The position numbers and the translations under genes are program-made. Below the pieces are notes generated by a model. That model saw only the letters and a program-made list of their open reading frames with translations. It did no database searches and was not told the origin of the DNA. Below, in pieces: positions 1 to 11,186 of a stretch of DNA of 64,000 nucleotides (position 1 is its first letter; every line of letters begins with the position of its first letter). The stretch comes from Candidatus Hydrogenedentota bacterium (lineage in GTDB: Bacteria > Hydrogenedentota > Hydrogenedentia > Hydrogenedentales > JAEUWI01), in NCBI GenBank assembly GCA_034669905.1, contig JAXMOL010000028.1, forward strand, positions 28,244 to 92,243, read 5' to 3'.

Positions 1-2631
1 CCCTTCCAATACGTGGTCCGGAGAGGCCTTCCCTCTTTCCAACGCCCGCCCAGGTTCCCAGAGCAACACCCGGCCGTCCCCTCCCTCTTTCCAGTGTCCC
101 CCCGTAGAAGCCAACCACGTGCCGTCGGGACTGAAACGCACCCCATTAACCTCGGCACGGTGGCCTTCCAGATAACGACCTTCCAACTCCGGTGTCAGCC
201 CCCAGCCCCGCACGTGTTCCGATCCGCCCACGGTAAGCAGCTGCGTTCCATCAGGCAGGTAACGGGATTGCTTGGTGATACCCTCGCCCTTGATCCAGGT
301 AGGGCCCTCTTCGCCGGTTGCAAGGTCCCAGAACGACACCCGATCTCGGGTGGTTGTGGTCAGGGTCTTTCCATCGGGCGAAAAACGGGCCGACCAGACC
401 CGGGTCAGGTAGTCGTCAAAGGTGTGATGCAGGCTTCCGCTCGTGCTCTCCCAGACCTTGGCCGTCGCATCCGTACCGCTGCTGGCCAGCCAACGGCTAT
501 CCGGGCTGAAGGACACGGACACTGTCCCTTGCACGCCCTGTTGCTGGGACTCGCTGTGACCGTCATGCTGCCATAGCGGGGTCGCCGTTTCCCAATCCCA
601 GAGCCGCACCATGCCATGGTCATCGCCGACGGCGAGCCACGCACCATTGGGGGAAATCGCGAGACCATTAATGACGAAGGGCGCCGGAAACTTCCGAAGC
701 ACCGTGCCCGTGGCCAACTCCCATTGGGATATCCCGTCATCCGTTCCTGCCGAAAGCAGATAGGCCCCATCGGGCGTGTACGCCAAGGCAGACGCACTGC
801 CGCCGGGAGCCTGATAGTCAGCGAGGAACGCTCCGGTCTCTACTCCCCAACGCCGGATTCGCCCATCCAATCCGGTGGTCGCAAATTCTTTCCCCTGGGG
901 ATGAAAGGCCACCGTCCACCCTTCGCTGTCCACGGTATACCTTCGTACCAGGCGCATTTCGGGCAGGGACCACAGCAACGCCGCACCGCTGAAATCCAGG
1001 GTCACCACGTGCTCTCCCGTGGGACTGAGGTCCATGGCAGCGAGGCGACCGGGGTGGCCCTCGTAACTCTGACGCCGCAGTTGGGAGAGATAGTGCAGGT
1101 GCCCCCATTCCCAACCGCGGTATTCCAAGGGACTTTCCTCGAGGATACGGTTCACCTCATCATATTGAAATTCCCCGAGGCTGCGCTGGGCCAGCGCGAT
1201 TGAGAGGTCGTACCGTTCCTGGTCTGACTGAAGACGCAGGGCCCGCTCGGTTAAACGACCATCGCGCAGGGTGAGCATGGAATAGATCACCACGCAGACC
1301 AGGAGCACGGCCGCCACGGCGCCGGTCATCACGGCGGGGCGGTGTTTTTTCACAAACCGGAGCGCATGTTCGCGCAGGCCATAGTCGTGGGAGGCCACCA
1401 CCGCACCGGACTGAAAGCGGAGCACCTCATCGGCCAATTCCCGCGCCGTGTGGTAGCGTGCCGACGGCTCGCGGGCCATCGCCCGCTTGCAGATGGTGGC
1501 CAGCGCCCCGGGTAGTTGGGGACACACCGTTTCAGGTGCTGCGGGTGACTCCTTCAACACCGCCCGGATAACCTCCAGGCGCGACAGGGATTCAAAGGGA
1601 CGGTGGCCCGTCAGCAGTTGATACAACACGGCCCCCAGGGCATACACATCCGTACGGGCATCCAGGGCATGGTGCTGGCCCGCCGCCTGCTCCGGAGCCA
1701 TGTAATGGGGCGTCCCGATGAGTTGGCCGTCCATCGTCAATCCCGGGCTATTGCGCTCCGATGTGACGACGGACCCCGCGCCGTTTTCTTCCATCTCCTC
1801 CCCACTGTCGGTCTCTTTGGCCAGGCCCCAATCAATGACCAGGGTCTCACCAAACTCGCCAATCATCACATTGCTCGGCTTGAGGTCCCGGTGAATGACC
1901 CCATGGGCATGGGCATAGGCCATGGCCTGGCACATGTCGACATAGTGGGGAAGCAGGTCCATTCGCTCTTCCAGCGTCTGCGCGTCCCGAATGGCCTGAC
2001 GAAGGGTTTTCCCCCGGACGAATTTCATGGTGTAGTACAGGGTGCCATCGGCCCGCTCGCCGATTTCGTGCACGGGTATGATACCCGGATGCTGGAGACG
2101 CCCCGTAACCTGAGCCTCTTTCAGGAATCGGGCAATCACCCGCTGGCGCGCAACGCCCGTGTCGGGATCACTGCCGTGGCGGGCCACTGTGTCGGGCAGC
2201 AATTCCTTGAGGGCCACCTCCCGCGCCATGCGCCGGTCCCACACGGACCGCACCCGCCCCATGCCCCCGCGCCCCTGTTCCTTCAGGTGCTCATAGCGGA
2301 GATCGCCCTCTACGCCGAGTAAGCGCCAGGACGGTGGAAGGGCGCGAAACCCGTTGGGAGAATCGTTGGCCTTTGGGTCCATCGCGGCCGTCGGGTCATC
2401 GGCACCCCGGGGATGAAAGGCGGTAACGGTGGGGCTTTCCCGGTCAGCGAGCTTCCGGGACAGCTCCTCAAGAAAAGCGCACTCAAAATCTTCCAGAAAA
2501 CCACGCTGGCTTAATTCCTGGATGAAGGAGCGCTCCGACCCCGACAGGGTAGCATCGCGGGCCTCGGCCACGCAGGCCTCCGGCACATGGAAGACCTCCA
2601 CACTCAGCGTTGCAACGATATCGTCAACCAT
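1..2631 (-). CDS. Hanks-type Ser/Thr protein kinase with TM segment and C-terminal WD40 repeats (3'-partial, runs off the window start)
   Basis: Not in the ORF track because there is no stop inside the window. Manual translation from ATG 2631 gives GRGGMGRV, VALKE, HRDLKPSN, DWGLAK and GTPHYMAPEQ, then a hydrophobic stretch and RGWEWGHL leading into WD40-like repeats. The start could lie a little further upstream (in-frame GTGs). Confidence 0.9.
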   Translation of the reverse strand, partial: MVDDIVATLSVEVFHVPEACVAEARDATLSGSERSFIQELSQRGFLEDFECAFLEELSRKLADRESPTVTAFHPRGADDPTAAMDPKANDSPNGFRALPPSWRLLGVEGDLRYEHLKEQGRGGMGRVRSVWDRRMAREVALKELLPDTVARHGSDPDTGVARQRVIARFLKEAQVTGRLQHPGIIPVHEIGERADGTLYYTMKFVRGKTLRQAIRDAQTLEERMDLLPHYVDMCQAMAYAHAHGVIHRDLKPSNVMIGEFGETLVIDWGLAKETDSGEEMEENGAGSVVTSERNSPGLTMDGQLIGTPHYMAPEQAAGQHHALDARTDVYALGAVLYQLLTGHRPFESLSRLEVIRAVLKESPAAPETVCPQLPGALATICKRAMAREPSARYHTARELADEVLRFQSGAVVASHDYGLREHALRFVKKHRPAVMTGAVAAVLLVCVVIYSMLTLRDGRLTERALRLQSDQERYDLSIALAQRSLGEFQYDEVNRILEESPLEYRGWEWGHLHYLSQLRRQSYEGHPGRLAAMDLSPTGEHVVTLDFSGAALLWSLPEMRLVRRYTVDSEGWTVAFHPQGKEFATTGLDGRIRRWGVETGAFLADYQAPGGSASALAYTPDGAYLLSAGTDDGISQWELATGTVLRKFPAPFVINGLAISPNGAWLAVGDDHGMVRLWDWETATPLWQHDGHSESQQQGVQGTVSVSFSPDSRWLASSGTDATAKVWESTSGSLHHTFDDYLTRVWSARFSPDGKTLTTTTRDRVSFWDLATGEEGPTWIKGEGITKQSRYLPDGTQLLTVGGSEHVRGWGLTPELEGRYLEGHRAEVNGVRFSPDGTWLASTGGHWKEGGDGRVLLWEPGRALERGKASPDHVLEG

Positions 2632-2770
2632 ATACTGCAACGATGGACACCCTTCTGACACGGGACGACACTGCCCGAAAAACTTCGCACTCACCTTTGC
2701 GCTGTTCTTCTATAATACAATCTTGGCGCAGAAAGGTAAACCACCCACCGAGTTCGACGAGCCCAGGCGC

Positions 2771-4297
2771 TCAGCGGGGTGTCACGTCGATTTCGAACCA
2801 GACAATCTGCTGTCCATCGGGCTGGTGAATGACCACCTCATTGCGGCCCGCCTTGACCGAGTCCGGCAAACATGCAAAACGCAGGGCGCGAACGGCACCA
2901 GGAAACTGTCCCGGATTCTCCAGATCTTCGCCCGCGCCACATGGAACACCATTGATAGTGGCCCGGCAGGCCGCCTTCGCTACCCCCTCCTGCTTTCCAA
3001 GCCCAATCACCACCGAGACGGTCGCATCCTCGGGACGGGGCCCGATATTCATCTGGAAGCTCACTTCGGTCTCCGTCGCGGGCAGCACCGCGCCATTGGG
3101 AAACCCCGAAGGGACGGTGTCGCGAAAGGCCTGGATGTGGCGGCGCGGCGCGCTGGTCACGACGTCCAGGCCAAGGCCCTGCTCCACGAGTACCCGGTAG
3201 TTTGCCTCGGTAACGGGCCGGGTTTGGGAGTCCATGTAATTGAAAAGATAGATCTGGTCCGCGCCCCGGTGCCAGGCGCTGGCTGCAAAGCCCCGTGTGG
3301 CCGCCATGTCGTTCGCGATGGGTGCGCCTCCGGGATAGGCCCGCGTGTTGTGCTCAATGCCCGGTGCCAGCACGATACCTTCGGCATCCGCGCCCAGGCG
3401 CTCCCGCCAGAGTTCCACGGGAATGTCAAAATCCGTCGTGGTCCAGAAGGGACAGGGCACCAGCACATCCACCAGGCCTTCTTTCACCCACCGCACACCG
3501 TCCATGCCAAGGCCCCGCGCCGCATCGGGATGGGCCGGCACACGGGCCCCCAGCTTAATCGCATGGCCCCGCTTCTCCCCCCACGCCTTCGTCAACTGGC
3601 GGACTTCCCGCATGAATTGGGTCAGAATTTCCGCACCCGCCGCCTCTTCGCCCGCCCGGAAATGCCAGCCGAAACGCATCCAGTCCAACTCCAGGCCGTC
3701 GGGATCGTATCGCTCCAGGAGTTCCTTCACGAAGTCCATGTTGTGCTTTCGCACCGCTTCATGGCCGTAGTCCAGTGCCCGCGCGGTGTAGCCGCCGCTC
3801 GTATCATTCGGCACGCGCCACATTTCCGGGTGTTCCAACCAGAATGAACTGTGCATGTAGCTCTTCGTGTTCGGCACCTCATGGAGATCATTCATCCGCA
3901 TGGAGAGCCACGGCGAAATCCCCTTCTCCCGACTCCGGGCTATCCAGATCGCATAGGGGTCAAGGCCCTTCTCGTGGAGGGTGAGCGCATTCTCCATCCA
4001 GGCCCTGCCGTTACCCGGTGGGGGCATTTCCTGATCACCGATTTCCCAGATGGCCTCCCGCGTATTGCTCTTAAAACTCGCTTTCATGGAGTTGACACTG
4101 AGAAACAAGTGGCTCACCCTGGTGTCCGCGTATTGGTCTACGAAGGCATGGAGGCCCTCCGTGGTCATCTCGCCGGCAGACCGGGTTGTATAGAAGTGGC
4201 TGTTGTCTTCGTTGATGATGAGGCCCGGTTGCTCGAGGGCGATTGCGGTGCTCGCGGCAAGCAGGGCGAGAAAAAGAAAAAGACGGCATTGATTCAT
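2771..4297 (-). CDS. Secreted glycoside hydrolase-like protein (GHL10/TIM-barrel type)
   Basis: Signal peptide, IINEDNSH, SPWLSMRMND and LLERYDPDGLELDWMR motifs. ATG 4297 has a GGGAG RBS. Confidence 0.6.
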   Translation of the reverse strand: MNQCRLFLFLALLAASTAIALEQPGLIINEDNSHFYTTRSAGEMTTEGLHAFVDQYADTRVSHLFLSVNSMKASFKSNTREAIWEIGDQEMPPPGNGRAWMENALTLHEKGLDPYAIWIARSREKGISPWLSMRMNDLHEVPNTKSYMHSSFWLEHPEMWRVPNDTSGGYTARALDYGHEAVRKHNMDFVKELLERYDPDGLELDWMRFGWHFRAGEEAAGAEILTQFMREVRQLTKAWGEKRGHAIKLGARVPAHPDAARGLGMDGVRWVKEGLVDVLVPCPFWTTTDFDIPVELWRERLGADAEGIVLAPGIEHNTRAYPGGAPIANDMAATRGFAASAWHRGADQIYLFNYMDSQTRPVTEANYRVLVEQGLGLDVVTSAPRRHIQAFRDTVPSGFPNGAVLPATETEVSFQMNIGPRPEDATVSVVIGLGKQEGVAKAACRATINGVPCGAGEDLENPGQFPGAVRALRFACLPDSVKAGRNEVVIHQPDGQQIVWFEIDVTPR

Positions 4298-4411
4298 AAG
4301 GTGCACTCCCGGCGTACGGTTCAGAAAAAGGGCGGACGTAGCGTACGACTACCATAGCGTTATACCCGGTGGGGCTGGAGATTGCAATGGGACCTCACGT
4401 AGGATCAGGCC

Positions 4412-5482
4412 ATGCACATTCTCTTCTTCGGCAACGCCTCCACACGCATCGCGGCCATCCGCTATCGCATCGGCACCTTCGCCCGCATGCTCGAGGCCGA
4501 TGGCCATACCACGACCATTTTCCTGCCCCTCACGATGGAAGAGGAACACCATTACTACGGCAAGGCTTCCAAGTGGGGCAAGGCCTGGCTCCTCACCCGG
4601 ACCGCCCTCCGACGACTGGGCCAGTTGCGCCACGTCCGGCGTGCCGATGTCATCTATTTTCGCGGCAAGCTCTTCCCCTATGGCCCACCACTGCTGGAAT
4701 ACCTTGTCTGCTGGTTGAACCCACGGGTCATCTTCGATATCGATGACGCCATCTGGGAGCCTCCGGCCCACGTGAACAGCCGCTTCCTCTGGCTCGTCGA
4801 CTACGGGTGGACCCGAAAGATGGCCCGGTGCTGTCGGCACGCCGTGGTGGGCAATGAGACCCTGGCGGAATACGTGCGCCCCCTTAATCCGAATATCACC
4901 GTCATCCCCACCTGCATCGACATGGAGCGCCACGGCGAAAAATCCTATGGGCCCGCAAACCCGGTCGTGTTGGGTTGGACGGGCCTGAAAGATAACCTGG
5001 GCTACCTCACCCCCATCGAGCCCGTGCTCCAGCGCTTGGCGAAGGCTCATGGTGTCACGCTCCACATCGCCACCGGGCGGGACTACACCCTGGAAGGCGT
5101 CACGGTCGAGAACACCCGCTGGCAACTCGACGAGGAAATTGCCTATCTGCAGCAGGCCGACATTGGACTCATGCCCCTCCACGACACCCCCCGTGCCCGT
5201 GGCAAGTGCGCCTTCAAGGCCCTCCAATACATGGCGGTGGGCACGCCGGTCGTCCTTTCGCCGGTAGGGATGAATGCCGACGTCGTGACCGATGGCGAGG
5301 ATGGGTTCCTGGCCGACAGCCCCGAGGAATGGGAAGAAAAACTCACGCACCTCGTGAAGAACCCGGCCCTTCGGGAGTCCATGGGCCGGGCAGCACGTAA
5401 TACGGTGGAGACACGCTATAGCCACGCGGTGTATTATCCCGTGCTCAAGGCCTGTCTGGAAAAAGTGGCGAATGAATCATGA
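4412..5482 (+). CDS. Glycosyltransferase family 4
   Basis: VIFDIDDAI, LGWTG, ADIGLMP and KALQYMAVGTPVV motifs of the GT-B fold. Confidence 0.9.
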   Translation: MHILFFGNASTRIAAIRYRIGTFARMLEADGHTTTIFLPLTMEEEHHYYGKASKWGKAWLLTRTALRRLGQLRHVRRADVIYFRGKLFPYGPPLLEYLVCWLNPRVIFDIDDAIWEPPAHVNSRFLWLVDYGWTRKMARCCRHAVVGNETLAEYVRPLNPNITVIPTCIDMERHGEKSYGPANPVVLGWTGLKDNLGYLTPIEPVLQRLAKAHGVTLHIATGRDYTLEGVTVENTRWQLDEEIAYLQQADIGLMPLHDTPRARGKCAFKALQYMAVGTPVVLSPVGMNADVVTDGEDGFLADSPEEWEEKLTHLVKNPALRESMGRAARNTVETRYSHAVYYPVLKACLEKVANES

Positions 5483-6752
5483 CCTTGCCACTCCATACGG
5501 CACCGCGACCGAAACAAATACGAAAGCACGTGTATTGATGCCCCTGATCCCCTCCAACGACCCGGATATCGCCCTCGCCGAAGAATGGCTGGCCGAACTG
5601 GAAGCCTGGGTACACACCCACGGCACCGTCGGCCCGGACCCCTTCGACGTAAAGGCCCATCCGTGGCTCCGTGCGCTCCAGGCCTACCCCCTGCTGCGCC
5701 GCACGAGTACCGTCCTCTGTGATGCCTTTCCCCATCTGAGTCGCCGTCTCCTCCGCATTGCACCCACCGAAAACCCCAAGACCCACGCGCTCCTGGCCAT
5801 CGGCGATCTCCGCCTCTTCCAGCTCACCGGAGACGCCCCCTATCAGGCACAGGCCGAGGCCCATCTCCAGTGGCTCCACGCTCATGCCCACCCCGATTTT
5901 GACCATTTGTGCTGGGGCTATCCCTTCGGCATCAAGGCCCAGGGGCTGGAAACCACGCCCCACGCGCCCGTTTCGGTGGTTGGCGCCATCGCGGGCGAAG
6001 CCTTCCTATTGGCCTACGAGGTGCTCCAGCAACCCGCCTATCGCGAAGCCGCCATCTCCATCGCGCACCACTTCCTCGATGAAGTCCCCATCTACCCCGC
6101 CTCGGAATCGGCGTGTTGTTTCTGCTACGGCCCCGAAGATTACCGCCGGGTCCACAACGCCAACCTCCTCGTGGCCCAGCACCTCCTCGACGTGGCGGTC
6201 TTGACCGACGACACCCCCATGGCCCAAACGGCTATCCGGGCCGTCCAGTTCACCCTCGCTCACCAACGCCCCGATGGGGCCTTTCCCTATGGGCACCATC
6301 AATCCAGTGACCCCTACGAGGCCGGCCTGTTAAACGTGGTCGACCACCACCACACCGGCTTCGTGCTCCGCTCCCTGTCGGCCATCAATCGCCATGCCGA
6401 TAACGCCGTGATTCGTGCCGCCCTGCGTCGGGGCTACACCTACTACAAGACCGCGCTTTACACAGCAGCAGGCATGCCCCGCACCGAATCCGCCCGTTAC
6501 CCTGTCAACATCCACGCCTGCGCCGAGGCCATCCTTTGCCCCACCCTCCTCAGCAACGAGATGATGGGCGCAAAGAAACAGGCGGTGCTGGCCCTCCGCT
6601 GGACCTGGTCCGCCCTGCGCAACCCCCGCAACGGCGCCCCCTATTACCGCAAGTATTGGGGATTCACCAGTAAAATCACCTACCCCCGCTGGGGCGTCGC
6701 CTGGATGTACCGCAGTCTGGCCGAATACCTGTGGCGCTTTGGTTCACGCTGA
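5472..6752 (+). CDS. Conserved polysaccharide-locus protein, probable alpha/alpha-barrel; function unknown
   Basis: CWGYPF, VHNANLL, HQRPDGAFPYG and DHHHTGF motifs. Overlaps the upstream GT4 stop. Confidence 0.6.
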   Translation: MNHDLATPYGTATETNTKARVLMPLIPSNDPDIALAEEWLAELEAWVHTHGTVGPDPFDVKAHPWLRALQAYPLLRRTSTVLCDAFPHLSRRLLRIAPTENPKTHALLAIGDLRLFQLTGDAPYQAQAEAHLQWLHAHAHPDFDHLCWGYPFGIKAQGLETTPHAPVSVVGAIAGEAFLLAYEVLQQPAYREAAISIAHHFLDEVPIYPASESACCFCYGPEDYRRVHNANLLVAQHLLDVAVLTDDTPMAQTAIRAVQFTLAHQRPDGAFPYGHHQSSDPYEAGLLNVVDHHHTGFVLRSLSAINRHADNAVIRAALRRGYTYYKTALYTAAGMPRTESARYPVNIHACAEAILCPTLLSNEMMGAKKQAVLALRWTWSALRNPRNGAPYYRKYWGFTSKITYPRWGVAWMYRSLAEYLWRFGSR

Positions 6753-6902
6753 GACCCACGCGTTGCATCCCCGGGAATGGGCACAGTACCATGGGCCCTC
6801 AGGGAAACGGGGACGAATCGCGAGGAGTTCAGGCATGCTGTACCAAACCATGAAACCCACGGAGGCGGCCCACCCCGTGAAAGCCCGTGAAAGTATCACC
6901 CG

Positions 6903-8048
6903 GTGAAAATCTGTCTCCTCGGTGTCTATCACGATGCCTTTGACAAGCGCATGTACCACAAGGTGGGCCGCAGTCTTATGAAGGCAGGGCACCTGGTCAT
7001 TTCCATTTGTCCCGAAGGCGAGTTCACGGGCGAACTTCGCGATGGCATCCGCTTTCGCTACATCCCGCCGGCCCCGGGCCTCTTCCGCCGCTTTTGCGCT
7101 ATCGGGCATCTGGTCCGTGCCGCCCACAAGGAAGCGGCCGATGTCTATGTGGCCCCCGAAGCGGAATCCTGGGTGGCCGCCCTCCTCATCAAACTCTTCT
7201 GGGGCGCCAAGGTCGTCTTTGACATGCACGAACATGTGCCCTCCAAGTTCTCCCACTACTTTCCCCCGGTCCTGCGCTCCTATGTGGTCGCCCTGACCCG
7301 ATGGGTGATGCGCCGCATGGCCGACTACACCGACCACATCATCCTCACCCGAGACAGCTTTGAACCGGAGTGGAGCGGCCTGAAAACCCCGCGTACCGTG
7401 GTGATTAACGCCAACCATCTCCAGCCCGCCTGCACGGAGATTCCCGATACGGTACGTACCCGGATTGGCACCGGCCCCGTGGTGATTCACCAGGGCCTCT
7501 TCGGCGATGTTCGGGGTTCGTGGCAACTGCTGGATGCCATGAAGATTGTCGTGAAGAAAGTGCCCGATGTGCGTTGTGTGCTGCTCGGTGAATACGCCTA
7601 TGGGGACTTCCAGGAATACCGGGAGGCCGTAGCGCGTGCGGGATTGGGAGATACCTTCGTCTTTCTCGACACCGTACCTTATGAAGAGGTGCCTGCCTAC
7701 ATTGCGGCATCCGATGTGGGCCTCATCCTCTTTCAACCGGGCCGGGTAAACCACACCCTCTCCATGCCCCACAAGCTCTTTGACTACATGCGCGAAGGCA
7801 AACCCGTGATCGCGCCCGATTTTGCCGTGGAAGTGGCCCACATCGTGGATCACAGCGAAGCCGGTGTCCTGGTGGAAATCACCCGCCCCAAGGCCATCGC
7901 CCTCGCCATTCGACGCCTCCTGCAGGAACCCGCCCTGGCCCGACGCCTGGGTGCCAACGGGCGGACCGCTATCGAGACACGCTACAACTGGGAGCAGGAA
8001 GAGAAAAAACTGCTGGCCGCCTTCGATGCACTGGAACCGAAAACCTGA
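6903..8048 (+). CDS. Glycosyltransferase family 4
   Basis: [28 protein letters not shown] and RYNWE motifs. Confidence 0.9.
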   Translation: MKICLLGVYHDAFDKRMYHKVGRSLMKAGHLVISICPEGEFTGELRDGIRFRYIPPAPGLFRRFCAIGHLVRAAHKEAADVYVAPEAESWVAALLIKLFWGAKVVFDMHEHVPSKFSHYFPPVLRSYVVALTRWVMRRMADYTDHIILTRDSFEPEWSGLKTPRTVVINANHLQPACTEIPDTVRTRIGTGPVVIHQGLFGDVRGSWQLLDAMKIVVKKVPDVRCVLLGEYAYGDFQEYREAVARAGLGDTFVFLDTVPYEEVPAYIAASDVGLILFQPGRVNHTLSMPHKLFDYMREGKPVIAPDFAVEVAHIVDHSEAGVLVEITRPKAIALAIRRLLQEPALARRLGANGRTAIETRYNWEQEEKKLLAAFDALEPKT

Positions 8049-8161
8049 CGCCCCCCTCGCGCACCCGCCATGTTACGTCCCCGTTACATCCCCCGGGGCC
8101 GACTCTGATACACTCAGGCCATGGAACGCCTGCATTTCAGGCGATTGGGGAACCGATTCGC

Positions 8162-8869
8162 GTGGGCGAAATTCTGACAAACAACCGAATCTCCGTGGTG
8201 GTACCCGTCTACAATGAAGTGGACACTGCGGCAGCGATCATCGCGCAAATTCGTGCCGTCAATGATCTCGATATCGAGCTCATTGTCGTCGACGACGGAT
8301 CTACCGACGGCACCCGCGAGGTGCTGGAAGGGCTGCGCGATGAGCTCGATCACCTAATCGTCCATCCACACAACCAGGGAAAAGGGGCGGCCCTGCGCAG
8401 TGGATTCCAACACGCAACCGGGGACATCGCCCTCGTGCAGGATGCCGATTTGGAATATGACCCCCGGGAATACCATCGCCTGGTGGCGCCCATTGTTGCG
8501 GGGCATGCCGACGTGGTCTACGGCTCGCGCTTCATGGGCGGCGATTCCCACCGGGTACTCTATTTCTGGCATTATGTCGCCAATCGCCTCCTGACCCTCC
8601 TCTCCAACATGTTGACCAACTTGAATCTTTCCGATATGGAAACCTGTTACAAAGTCTTCCGCCGGGAACTCATTCAATCCATCACAATCCAGGAACGGGG
8701 CTTTGGCGTCGAACCGGAATTGACCGCCAAGGTTGCCCGACGTAAGGCGCGCATCTACGAAGTAGGCATCTCCTACTACGGCCGCACCTATGAAGACGGC
8801 AAGAAGATTGGCCTGAAAGACGCCCTCTGGGCGGTGTATTGTATTGTCCGTTACAACCTCTTCCCATAA
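8162..8869 (+). CDS. Glycosyltransferase family 2 (DPM1-like)
   Basis: [35 protein letters not shown] and DMETCYKVF motifs. Confidence 0.93.
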   Translation: MGEILTNNRISVVVPVYNEVDTAAAIIAQIRAVNDLDIELIVVDDGSTDGTREVLEGLRDELDHLIVHPHNQGKGAALRSGFQHATGDIALVQDADLEYDPREYHRLVAPIVAGHADVVYGSRFMGGDSHRVLYFWHYVANRLLTLLSNMLTNLNLSDMETCYKVFRRELIQSITIQERGFGVEPELTAKVARRKARIYEVGISYYGRTYEDGKKIGLKDALWAVYCIVRYNLFP

Positions 8870-8882
8870 GAACCCCCACGCC

Positions 8883-9845
8883 GTGAAAAAACTGATTATC
8901 CAGATCCCCTGCTACAACGAAGAAGGCACCCTGCCCATTACCCTGCAGGAGCTGCCCCGTGAGGTGGAGGGATTCGACGTGGTGGAGTGGCTCGTCATTG
9001 ACGACGGCTCCCGCGATGGCACCGTGCAGGTGGCCCGGGACTATGGCGTGGATCACATCGTGCGCCTTAACGTGCACCGGGGCCTGGCGCGGGCCTTTAT
9101 GGCCGGGCTGAATTACTGCATCAAGGCCGGGGCCGACGTCATCGTCAACACCGACGCCGACAATCAATACAACGCCGAGGACATCCCCCGGCTGGTAGCG
9201 CCCATCCTTTCAGGACACGCCGAGTTCGTCGTGGGAGAACGCCCTATCAGCGACATCAAGCACTTCTCCCTCGCAAAGAAAGTGCTCCAACGGGTGGGCT
9301 CCTGGGTAGTCCGCCTGGCGAGCAACACAAGCATCCCCGATGCGCCCAGCGGCTTCCGGGCCATGACCCGCGATGTGGCCATGGGGCTCAATGTGTTCAG
9401 CTCCTATACCTATACGCTGGAAACGGTCATTCAGGCGGGGCGCAAAAACATGGCCATCACCTCCGTGCCCATCCGCACCAACCGGGACCTCCGTCCTTCG
9501 CGGCTGGTGAAGAGCTCGGCCTACTATATCCGCGTCTCCATCGTGACCACGGTGCGGATTTTCATGACCTACCGGCCCTTCCGATTTTTTGTCTTTCCCG
9601 GCATTGCCCTCTTCTTTCTGGCCCTCGTTCCCAGCATTCGCTACACGTGGTTTCATTTCACGGGCGGCGGCGGCGGCCATCTCCAGTCACTCATCCTCGC
9701 CGCGATTCTCTTCGGCGCGAGCTTTGTATTGATCGTGGCCGGATTCCTCGCCGAATTGATGGGCGTAAATCGCCAGCTGCTGGAAGAAATACGCTGGCGC
9801 ATGCGTGAACATGAATACGAAGCGCAACAGCGCAAGGAAGAGTAG
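8883..9845 (+). CDS. Glycosyltransferase family 2 with two C-terminal TM helices
   Basis: IPCYNEE, IDDGSRD, NTDADNQY and DAPSGFRA motifs. GTG 8883 chosen as the likely start. Confidence 0.9.
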   Translation: MKKLIIQIPCYNEEGTLPITLQELPREVEGFDVVEWLVIDDGSRDGTVQVARDYGVDHIVRLNVHRGLARAFMAGLNYCIKAGADVIVNTDADNQYNAEDIPRLVAPILSGHAEFVVGERPISDIKHFSLAKKVLQRVGSWVVRLASNTSIPDAPSGFRAMTRDVAMGLNVFSSYTYTLETVIQAGRKNMAITSVPIRTNRDLRPSRLVKSSAYYIRVSIVTTVRIFMTYRPFRFFVFPGIALFFLALVPSIRYTWFHFTGGGGGHLQSLILAAILFGASFVLIVAGFLAELMGVNRQLLEEIRWRMREHEYEAQQRKEE

Positions 9846-9860
9846 CCCGACGCCCACCGG

Positions 9861-11186
9861 CTACAGTACCAGCTTACCCACGGATACCGGCTCAGGCGAT
9901 GTACCCCCACGGAAACACCAGGCCTCGCCCGTACCGCCCACGACAAATTCGCCGTCGACCACCGAGACATACATGCCCTCTGGCAAGGCCAGGACCACCG
10001 CGTCAGGGTTTCGAAGGCCAAACTCCTTCAGTCGCTGATCGCGGCTTTCACCCCCATGACCTGCCACCCGCCGTGCGGTGTAGTGGGGGTTAATCTGGAA
10101 GGGCACGAGCCCCAATCCATCGAAATTTTCCGGACACTCGATGGGCATATCGTTGGTGGTCTTGATGGTGGGGCCCGCAAGATTCGCCCCGGCGCTCCAG
10201 CCCACGTAGATGGCCCCATGCTTCACCGCCCGCCGCAGGGGCGACAGGAGGCCCTCTCGCTGACAGGCGCTCAACAGGGAGAAGGTGTTGCCGCCGCCCA
10301 CGATGACACATTGGGCCGAGGCCAGGGCCCCTTCCGTGTCCGCCAGCGTATGAATCCCCACCACACGGGTTTCGCTCTCGGCAAGGGCTTCGGCCACCAT
10401 GGCGGTATAGGTTTCATAGCCCATATCCACCGCCGCATAGGGCACAAACAGCGCCTCGTCCACCTCTTCCAGAACCGTTGCGATGTGGGGCCGGGCCCAA
10501 CCGAGATAGGGCTCATCGGCCATGGTGGAATTACTCAGCAGTAACAAACGGGGAAACACCGGCGCCCGATTCAGCAGCGCCTGAATACACGTAAGGGCCT
10601 TGGAAACGGATGTGGCCACATCGTCCTCGCCAGGCAACACCAGGTCAGCCCGCCCCTTGCAGGGTTCCACATAGCGATCGTGCATGGGCAGAACCTGCTG
10701 CATGAACTGGATCACCACGCTTTCCACCGTCCGTCCACGCTCCGCCACATCCCGCCGTAGACGGCGCGCAAATCGGACATCGGCGGGCGTATCCACAAAA
10801 ATGGTCAGCTCACAACAGGCGGCCAGTTCATCGTTGGCCAGGGTATTAATACCCTCGACAATAATTACCGGTCGGGGCGCAATGGTCCGCGTTTCCGAAG
10901 CGCGGGTGTGCTGGGTAAAATCGTACTGGGGTGCCACGATGGTCTCACCGGCGCGCAGGGCCTTCACGTGGGCAACAAGCAATTCGCTTTCCTGCGCATC
11001 GGGGTGGTCGTAGTTGACCTTCGCCCGCTCTGCCAGGGGCACATCCCGCTGGTCGCGGTAGTACCAATCGTGTTGGAGGACTACGGCGCGATCGCCCAGG
11101 CAGGCCAGCAGGGCTTCCGTGACCGTGGTCTTTCCCGAGCCGGTGCCGCCGGCCAGCCCCACAATCAGGGGTTGGCGCTCAGGCAT
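9861..11186 (-). CDS. Fusion of uridine/cytidine kinase (N-terminal) and dipeptidase E/peptidase S51 (C-terminal)
   Basis: N-half has GLAGGTGSGKTT, NYDHPDA and RRLRRDVAERGR. C-half has LLLLSNST, VGGGNTF, GWSAGAN, TTNDMPI, FQINPHY and GHGGESRDQRL. Confidence 0.9.
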   Translation of the reverse strand: MPERQPLIVGLAGGTGSGKTTVTEALLACLGDRAVVLQHDWYYRDQRDVPLAERAKVNYDHPDAQESELLVAHVKALRAGETIVAPQYDFTQHTRASETRTIAPRPVIIVEGINTLANDELAACCELTIFVDTPADVRFARRLRRDVAERGRTVESVVIQFMQQVLPMHDRYVEPCKGRADLVLPGEDDVATSVSKALTCIQALLNRAPVFPRLLLLSNSTMADEPYLGWARPHIATVLEEVDEALFVPYAAVDMGYETYTAMVAEALAESETRVVGIHTLADTEGALASAQCVIVGGGNTFSLLSACQREGLLSPLRRAVKHGAIYVGWSAGANLAGPTIKTTNDMPIECPENFDGLGLVPFQINPHYTARRVAGHGGESRDQRLKEFGLRNPDAVVLALPEGMYVSVVDGEFVVGGTGEAWCFRGGTSPEPVSVGKLVL

